From an archaeon (GTDB lineage Archaea > Asgardarchaeota > Thorarchaeia > Thorarchaeales > Thorarchaeaceae), in the NCBI GenBank assembly GCA_024276825.1, contig JAJRWI010000011.1, positions 1 to 17,253 of the forward strand: a stretch of 17,253 nt of DNA, written 5' to 3'. Shown piece after piece: positions 1 through 6,007 of this stretch (position 1 is the first letter of the stretch; each line of letters starts with the position of its first letter). The position numbers were made by a program, and so were the translations under genes. Under the pieces are notes generated by a model. The model did no database searches. It was not told the origin of the DNA and saw only the letters and a list, made by a program, of their open reading frames with translations.

Positions 1-1260
1 CTTCCATAATAAGACTGCAAACAAGAAGGGAATATGAGCGATGCTCATCTCCAGACTTTCTCGTAGATTAAAAGTCACTGTGGCCATTTCACGAGGCTTT
101 GGCCTTGGTTTTCCTAAACGTATCCATTTTGAAAGGTCTGTGATGCGAACTGGGCCATATCGGACTCTGAAACCAGTCCGTGTTTTAATCTCAATTGGGT
201 CCATTCCTGCAGCTGAGAGTTGGGGCAGAATTAGTTCACGGTGGTTAACGATGCTATCCAGGTTAACCAGTCTTACCATGTGAATTACATCATTGGTGTC
301 AAAATGTGTGCCACGCGCCGCGCACCAGACATTAATGCCATCCGTATCACATACTAGAACCCAAGCATTCAAACCATCTTTTGTCAAGGTACGCATGACT
401 GTTAAATAGGTGAGTTCATAATTCGCTGTCACAATTACTGGGCTGTTCTCATCAGGAGAGCCAACTCCATAAAGACCAGGATGGATGGCTATGCCCCTCC
501 AGCTTCCTGTTAAATGGTTATACAGAATTCTGGCTCGCGCCTTAAAGCCCAAATATTCTTTCTTGACATTGATAAAAATCTGTCTTGGGTTTCCAATGCC
601 CCGTTTGCCAATGACGAGAGTTATCTCAGGACCATACTTTTGAATGCTTTCAATTTCAAGGCCTGAGTCTTCAATTATTCGCCTGATGTCAGTGATTGGT
701 GGGGGAAGTTTCTTTTTTGCTTTTTTCATAGCCTTTTTTCTGTTTTTCCAAAAGGTTCTTCTCTTAAATCGTCCCTTAGGAAGAGTTTCAGCAGCAATTA
801 TAAATTTTCCATCCTGCTTCAATTGGTCACGGACAATTTTCATGAATAAGTATCTCTCAGAGGGTTTAATCTCAGATAGAAGAAATGTGCTTACTATCAA
901 GTCATATTTGTCCATGGTGCTATCGTCCGCACTCTTATCACATGTTGCCTGTGATTCACCCAGACGCAAGATGTCCATTCTAATGAAGTTTGGAGGATTT
1001 GACATCTCTGAGGCCTGCTGCTCTGCATAGGATATCATTGCATCATCTGCATCTATTGCATCAATTAGTGCCCCTTTTCTTGCAGCATCCCGTGCAAAGC
1101 GACCAGTTCCACATCCTAGATCCAGAACTCTCATATTGGGCTTGACATGCTTAAGAATCTCAGTGTGAATATATGTAACTCGTCCGTCAAGCACTTGATC
1201 AAACAGGTGTTCATATGTTTCGGGAGTTTCTTCCAATGATATCATAAAGGCAACAGCCAT
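1..1260 (-). CDS. Fusion protein (3'-truncated by the window): N-terminal class I SAM-dependent methyltransferase + HgcA-like/CFeSP-family corrinoid-binding domain + start of a membrane segment
   Basis: Hand-translated; not in the ORF track. ATG at 1260 is preceded by GAGGTG (RBS), and 420 codons stay open to the window edge. N-terminus is MAVAFMISLEETPETYEHLFDQVLDGR. SAM motif I is VLDLGCGTG (1102-1128), followed by AIDADDAMI, YDLIVSTFLL and LKQDGKFIIA. From aa 261: PGLYGVGSPDENSPVIVTANYELT...AWVLVCDTDGINVWCAARGTHF...VNHRELILPQLSAAG...GFRVRYGPVRITDL...EMATVTFNLRESLEMSIAHIPFLFAVLLWK, which follows the HgcA motif order. Confidence 0.88.
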   Translation of the reverse strand, partial: MAVAFMISLEETPETYEHLFDQVLDGRVTYIHTEILKHVKPNMRVLDLGCGTGRFARDAARKGALIDAIDADDAMISYAEQQASEMSNPPNFIRMDILRLGESQATCDKSADDSTMDKYDLIVSTFLLSEIKPSERYLFMKIVRDQLKQDGKFIIAAETLPKGRFKRRTFWKNRKKAMKKAKKKLPPPITDIRRIIEDSGLEIESIQKYGPEITLVIGKRGIGNPRQIFINVKKEYLGFKARARILYNHLTGSWRGIAIHPGLYGVGSPDENSPVIVTANYELTYLTVMRTLTKDGLNAWVLVCDTDGINVWCAARGTHFDTNDVIHMVRLVNLDSIVNHRELILPQLSAAGMDPIEIKTRTGFRVRYGPVRITDLSKWIRLGKPRPKPREMATVTFNLRESLEMSIAHIPFLFAVLLWK

Positions 1261-1317
1261 CGTAAGCACCTCATTAAGAAGTCCAATTGTTTGGTCATAG
1301 GTTCACTTCACATAATG

Positions 1318-1330
1318 AATAATAAGTTTT
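1318..1330 (-). promoter_or_regulatory. Putative BRE/TATA promoter of the MTase-HgcA-like gene
   Basis: Minus strand reads AAAACTTATTATT about 60 nt upstream of the ATG at 1260. It resembles the TTTATTA boxes upstream of other genes in the window. Confidence 0.3.
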
Positions 1331-1368
1331 AGAAACTCAAATAGAGTAAACATTCTAGCTGGATGATT

Positions 1369-2526
1369 TCAGAACGCATTCCTCAAATCTTCAATCAGGT
1401 CGTCAACATCTTCAATGCCGACTGAAACTCTGATCAGCGAGTCTGTGATGCCGAGACTCTCTCTAGTTTTTCTTGGAATGCTTGCATGGGTCATCAAGGC
1501 AGGATGTTCAATTAGCGACTCGACGCCTCCAAGACTCTCAGCCACGATGAATATCTTAAGGCGACTCAGGAAGTCCTTTACATAGTTCAGGTCTCCATCG
1601 AGCTCAAAGGATATCATTCCACCAAAGCCTTTCATCTGCTTCATAGCCAAATCATGTTGAGGGTGATCATCCAGTCCGGGATAGTGCACTCTTCGCACCT
1701 TGTCATGGGATTGCAGGAATTCTGCAATCTTTAATGCATTATCAGCATGACGCTCCATTCTCACTGCCAGTGTCTTAATACCTCTTAAGACCAAGTAGCA
1801 ATCAAATGGTGATGGGACAGCACCTATAGCATTCTGGTTGAATTTTATCTTATCATAAGTTTTCGTGTCAGATAGTACTACTGCACCGCCTACCACATCA
1901 CTATGCCCACTAAGATATTTTGTAGTACTGTGAACAACAATATCAGCCCCCAAATCAAGAGGTGATTGAAAATATGGACTCATGAATGTGTTATCAACAA
2001 CGGTGATAAGACCCTTTTCACGAGCAATGTTCGATATTTCATTAATATCGCATAATCTCATCATAGGGTTTGTGGGCGTTTCCAGCCAGACCAATCGCGT
2101 GCTTTCGTTTATTGCTCGCTCCACATTAGTACTATCTCTTGCATCAACATAGGTGAATCTAAGTCCAAATTTACTAAGAACGCTATCGAAAAGTCTGCGG
2201 GTTCCTCCATAAAGATCGTCAAATGCAACCACATGATCTCCTTGCTTGAGTATTGACAAGAGCAGGGTTGCTTCTGCCGCCATTCCTGATGCAAATGCCA
2301 GAGCATATTGCGCTCCCTCTAGAGCAGCAAGCCTCTTTTCCAAGGCATCTCTGGTCACATTGCCAGTTCTAGAGTATTCATACCCTGCTGTTGGCTCGTC
2401 TAGCTTTTTTCTTGCGAATGTTGATGCCAAGTGGATGGGGACTACAACATCACCATATCCCCCTGGCTTAAGATTGGGCTCTTCTCCGACATGAATCGCT
2501 TTCGTGGCAAATCTCATTGTTATCAT
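1369..2526 (-). CDS. Cystathionine gamma-lyase/gamma-synthase (Cys/Met metabolism PLP enzyme, MccB/MetB-like)
   Basis: Motifs YEYSRTGN, FASGMAA, DDLYGGT, WLETPTNP, VDNTF, HSTTKYLSGHSD (PLP lysine), AESLGGVESL and IRVSVGIE. The start overlaps the upstream stop as ATGA (2523-2526). Confidence 0.9.
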   Translation of the reverse strand: MITMRFATKAIHVGEEPNLKPGGYGDVVVPIHLASTFARKKLDEPTAGYEYSRTGNVTRDALEKRLAALEGAQYALAFASGMAAEATLLLSILKQGDHVVAFDDLYGGTRRLFDSVLSKFGLRFTYVDARDSTNVERAINESTRLVWLETPTNPMMRLCDINEISNIAREKGLITVVDNTFMSPYFQSPLDLGADIVVHSTTKYLSGHSDVVGGAVVLSDTKTYDKIKFNQNAIGAVPSPFDCYLVLRGIKTLAVRMERHADNALKIAEFLQSHDKVRRVHYPGLDDHPQHDLAMKQMKGFGGMISFELDGDLNYVKDFLSRLKIFIVAESLGGVESLIEHPALMTHASIPRKTRESLGITDSLIRVSVGIEDVDDLIEDLRNAF

Positions 2527-3500
2527 CTCGGTCCAATAAAGCCATGTTCATTCATCCACTCATCTGAGTAGATCTTGCTTATGTAATTACGGCCAGTATC
2601 GGGGATAAGAACGACAATTAATTGGTCTTCGGTCATGCTCTTAGCGACTTCCAAAGCAGCAAACATTGCAGCCCCCGATGAACCCCCTGCCAATATTCCC
2701 TCTTGCTGGGCCAGTTTCTTTGTTGTCAACATGGCATCTCTATCACTCACAACAATGACTTCATCAATCACACTTAGGTCCAATGTCGAAGGCATGAAAT
2801 CCTCTCCAATACCCTCCACAAGATATGTGTGAATCTGACCCTGTGTCCCATAGAACTCGTGATGATACATTGAACCTTCTGGGTCTGCACCTACGACTCG
2901 AATATTGGGGTTTTTCTCTTTGAGATACTTGCTTGTTCCCGAAATTGTGCCCCCCGTTCCAATCCCTGCAACAAAGACATCGAGCTTTCCATCAGTCTGC
3001 TTCCAGATCTCTGGCCCTGTTGTGGCATAATGTGCAGCAGGATTGGCAGGATTGAAGTATTGATTTGGCATGAATGCCCGTGGGTTGTTCTCGACGATCT
3101 GCTCAGCCACTTTAACATAGTTTTCGGGGTGGTCAGGCTCAACATCAGTGGGGGTTATGATCACCTCTGCCCCCATGGCTCTTAGCAGGTCTATCTTCTC
3201 ATTACTCATCTTGTCGGGAATTGTGACAATCATCTTGTAGCCCTTTACAATGGCCGCTAAAGCCAGACCAATCCCAGTATTGCCAGAAGTTGGTTCCACA
3301 ATAGTATCGCCTGGCTTAATCAGACCTGCTGCTTCGGCTGCTTCAATCATCGAAATCCCGATACGATCTTTTACGCTACCTCCGGGGTTGAAGAACTCTA
3401 ATTTGGCCAATATTGTTGGCTTGAGACCCTCAGTTATTTTATTCAATCGCACAATTGGAGTGTTGCCAATAGTTTCAAGAATATTGTTATATACATCCAT
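2523..3500 (-). CDS. cbs: Cystathionine beta-synthase / cysteine synthase family PLP enzyme (catalytic domain only)
   Basis: Motifs IGNTP, KLEFFNPGGSVKDR (PLP lysine), EPTSGNTG and GTGGT. NQYFNPANPAAHY, DPEGS and YLVEGIGEDF look more like CBS than CysK. Start moved from the track's TTG at 3533 to the ATG at 3500, which follows AAGGTGA. Confidence 0.85.
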   Translation of the reverse strand: MDVYNNILETIGNTPIVRLNKITEGLKPTILAKLEFFNPGGSVKDRIGISMIEAAEAAGLIKPGDTIVEPTSGNTGIGLALAAIVKGYKMIVTIPDKMSNEKIDLLRAMGAEVIITPTDVEPDHPENYVKVAEQIVENNPRAFMPNQYFNPANPAAHYATTGPEIWKQTDGKLDVFVAGIGTGGTISGTSKYLKEKNPNIRVVGADPEGSMYHHEFYGTQGQIHTYLVEGIGEDFMPSTLDLSVIDEVIVVSDRDAMLTTKKLAQQEGILAGGSSGAAMFAALEVAKSMTEDQLIVVLIPDTGRNYISKIYSDEWMNEHGFIGPR

Positions 3501-3551
3501 TATATCATTCACCTTCTTATTTAACAAACTCAAAATACATAGTAATAATTC

Positions 3552-3929
3552 TCATAATTGACAAGCGCTGCAGTTGTCGGGCAATTCCATTGTACCATGA
3601 TGCAAGTTGCATACCATATTCTGTTTGCGTAATATAACGCACAATTTACAAAATGTCATCATGATATCAATGGGTGAGAATTCATTTGATACAATCTTCA
3701 TTGTTGATTCATGCACAATAGACTGAAACTCAGGAATTGTTTCTAAAGTGTCTATCAATTGATTACCCCTCTTGCGACTCATGTATTGACTTATTGCAGC
3801 TTGAGTAATTCCAAGAGTTTGCGCTGCCTTGACCTGAGAGAACGAATGTTTCTCAATCAGTTCTCTGGCCATTAATGAACGAAACGCTGGCAATACAGCA
3901 GTGACAATTAATTCGCAAGGAGTCCGCAT
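3552..3929 (-). CDS. Archaeal HTH transcriptional regulator (COG2522 / ThiR N-terminal-domain-like) with a Cys/His-rich C-terminus
   Basis: MRTPCELIV..LPAFRS...SQVKAAQTLGITQAAISQYMSRKRG HTH signature; C-terminal FCKLC...CNLHH...CSAC. Confidence 0.8.
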   Translation of the reverse strand: MRTPCELIVTAVLPAFRSLMARELIEKHSFSQVKAAQTLGITQAAISQYMSRKRGNQLIDTLETIPEFQSIVHESTMKIVSNEFSPIDIMMTFCKLCVILRKQNMVCNLHHGTMELPDNCSACQL

Positions 3930-3944
3930 GTTGAATCTCGATTC

Positions 3945-3968
3945 TATAACGCCGTTATATTAATAAAA
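3945..3968 (-). promoter_or_regulatory. TATA box plus palindromic operator of the HTH regulator gene
   Basis: Minus-strand TTTTATTA (3961-3968) is immediately followed by the palindrome TATAAC-NNN-GTTATA (3945-3959), which ends 15 nt before the ATG at 3929. Confidence 0.55.
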
Positions 3969-4089
3969 CTTGTGTAACTGATATATTCAAATAGTCCATT
4001 CCAAAAACCCAAATTCAGAGTGCCATAATTACTTTTATGAATTGAAATTGGGCCATGAGTTCAGAAATGTTAAGTGAGAATGGGCTGGA

Positions 4090-4869
4090 TTATTCTTCTG
4101 CATTATTCCATTGGTCTATGAAATAATCAGCCAAGAACTTGACGTAATCTTCATGTTGAGATACCACAGCCTTAGTCTGTTCATCATTATTGGGTTTTAG
4201 AAGGAATGTTATTGCAATAGAATCAAGAATTGCAAATGAAAACCTGACTTCCGGATTGAGTCGCGCGGGAAGTCCAATTTTAACTTGTTCAGTCCCAAGA
4301 AATCGGATATCAACAGTTCTGGCCAACAGTTGAATTAGATCATCTCTCAACAGATACCAATCGAGCAGTCCACCTGCAGTTCGCTTGCAGACCCAGACTC
4401 TAGTATTCACCGTTTTAAGAAGCCTATGAAGTTCATCAAGTATCCTATCATGATCAATAATATATGTGGATTCTAAGTCAGGCGAGCTTTCATCAAATAC
4501 TCGAATAAGTCTTGAACATAATGCCTTGACCTGACCCACTTTGCTAAAGTATTCATTTTCAAGTTCAGCTAAGATATGATTTAAACTCTCTTGGATTGGA
4601 ATTGCACAATATCGCTTTGGTTCATCATTGAATTCTTGGATAAGTTTCCTGCCCCTCAAGCTCTTGAGATTATCATATACACGTGAACGGTGAACACCTG
4701 AAATTGCACTAATCTGAGATGCAGTCAGAGAGCGGCTTTTCAATAAGACAACATAGACTCGAGCCTCATTCATTGTAAGGCTGAATGCCCGTGAGATCTC
4801 TCGAGTGATTTCATCAATCTGAGCGTTAGCATTCTCTGCTGAATTGCAAGGATAGTTGAGATTTGGCAA
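4090..4869 (-). CDS. TrmB-family transcriptional regulator
   Basis: N-terminal winged HTH LTMNEARVYVVLL...LTASQISAISGVHRSRVYDNLKSL..RKLI....EPKRY, followed by a PLD-like/effector-type C-terminal domain. Start is uncertain (TTG at 4869 chosen; the track uses GTG at 4899). Confidence 0.8.
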   Translation of the reverse strand: MPNLNYPCNSAENANAQIDEITREISRAFSLTMNEARVYVVLLKSRSLTASQISAISGVHRSRVYDNLKSLRGRKLIQEFNDEPKRYCAIPIQESLNHILAELENEYFSKVGQVKALCSRLIRVFDESSPDLESTYIIDHDRILDELHRLLKTVNTRVWVCKRTAGGLLDWYLLRDDLIQLLARTVDIRFLGTEQVKIGLPARLNPEVRFSFAILDSIAITFLLKPNNDEQTKAVVSQHEDYVKFLADYFIDQWNNAEE

Positions 4870-4881
4870 TGGTGTCCCACC

Positions 4882-4915
4882 GTGTTGCAACACACACACG
4901 ACAGGTGCTTATAAA
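4882..4915. promoter_or_regulatory. Divergent promoter region with a shared TATA-like box and a 12-bp palindrome
   Basis: GTGTTGCAACAC is a perfect palindrome (4882-4893). CTTATAAA (4908-4915) reads as a TATA box on both strands between the divergent genes. Confidence 0.4.
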
Positions 4916-4951
4916 CCCTCTTGGAAATCACAGTGCCAAGAAGGTATCAAT

Positions 4952-5884
4952 ATGGCCACGATAATGTCAATATTTCCAATCATCACAACAAGTGTAGCAA
5001 TCCTCTTTACATATTTGCTTTTCAAACAATGGCAAAGGCGAAAGAGAATCTACCAGTTTGTATGGTTCATATCGCTTGTAATGTTTGCTCTGACAGCAGC
5101 TTTCGAAGCAATCTCAGAGTTCATTGGCTGGAACATACTCGTGTATAGGGTGTATCTGGTTCTTTCAGCTTCACAAGTTGCCCTTATGGGTGCTGGAGCC
5201 CTTTACCTTGTACTAAGCAAAAATGTGTTCAACACTAAGGGCCTTCTTACCATTGATTTCATTTTGCTGATAATAATCGCTCTATTTTCATGGATGATGA
5301 CTCTTAGTTCAAAAACTGATTACACAGCCCTGTTGTTTGGTCCAATGGAATATCCAATTGCTGGTATAGGTGTTTACATTGTTCTAATCATTGGAGCCAT
5401 TCTTTACGGCAGAAACAAGAAAGACTATGAACGAAAAATGCTTCATGGCCATATCTACCTAATTTTCGCCATAATCCTGACCCTCTGGATGGGGGCTTAC
5501 GCAATGGTCGCGCAGATCTATGAGGAGAACTTTGTTGCAGGCATTGCAGTTGCAGGTCATGCAATGGCGCAGCATGTGAGGAACTTCTCTCCATTATTGA
5601 CCGTTTCAGGGGCGTTTCTTCTAATTGGCGTTGCATTCTTTTCATTTCTCAAGACACGCTTCAAGTTCAACCTCTGGATTGCTTTGGGCGGCTTGATTAT
5701 AGGTATCGCTGGTGCCATTGCTCGAACAGGTGCAGAGTTTGGAAATGTGCTCTATCTTGGTGAAGTTATGGGTGTGTTTCTGTTATACAAAGGGTTTGTG
5801 GACTCTGATAAAATGATAAAGATGAGAGAGAAGAAACTTGAGGAATCAGTCTCATCAAATGAGAGAACTGAAGTGACCCCTTAA
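4952..5884 (+). CDS. Polytopic integral membrane protein of unknown function (roughly 9-10 hydrophobic segments)
   Basis: Long ORF with repeated hydrophobic stretches separated by basic loops (KQWQRRKR, GRNKKDYERK). Likely start is the ATG at 4952 after AAGGT, rather than the track's 4856, which would overlap trmB. Confidence 0.8.
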   Translation: MATIMSIFPIITTSVAILFTYLLFKQWQRRKRIYQFVWFISLVMFALTAAFEAISEFIGWNILVYRVYLVLSASQVALMGAGALYLVLSKNVFNTKGLLTIDFILLIIIALFSWMMTLSSKTDYTALLFGPMEYPIAGIGVYIVLIIGAILYGRNKKDYERKMLHGHIYLIFAIILTLWMGAYAMVAQIYEENFVAGIAVAGHAMAQHVRNFSPLLTVSGAFLLIGVAFFSFLKTRFKFNLWIALGGLIIGIAGAIARTGAEFGNVLYLGEVMGVFLLYKGFVDSDKMIKMREKKLEESVSSNERTEVTP

Positions 5885-5907
5885 TTGATTGGAATTCAAT
5901 GAGTCAA

Positions 5908-5975
5908 ATTAATGATCTATTTGCAAGCAGATAAACCACCACCATAAAGAATGAATCTTCAAATAGATCATTAAT
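5908..5975. repeat. 16-bp perfect inverted repeat between convergent genes (terminator-like or MITE-like)
   Basis: ATTAATGATCTATTTG (5908-5923) and CAAATAGATCATTAAT (5960-5975), with a 36-nt spacer. Confidence 0.75.
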
Positions 5976-6007
5976 GGCCTTTTGAAGATACTGAACTAGA
6001 GAGTCGA

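Noticed and set aside
41-1030. Plus-strand ORFs 41-283 and 644-1030 from the track
   Set aside because: They are antisense shadows of the real minus-strand fusion gene. The Phe-rich 'TM' stretch is the reverse complement of its Lys codons.
1-1260. Calling the gene a bona fide hgcA mercury methylase
   Set aside because: The cap helix is NVWCAARG rather than NVWCAAGK, the N-terminal MTase fusion is atypical, and the TM region and hgcB are outside the window. Only 'HgcA-like' is supportable.
4888-4899. Short CA dinucleotide run as a phase-variable microsatellite
   Set aside because: Only about five units, too short to support slippage-based switching.
5908-5975. Possible SECIS element (contains ATGA and AAA)
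   Set aside because: The ATGA is Watson-Crick paired with TCAT rather than forming a GA/GA quartet, and neither flanking gene has an in-frame TGA.
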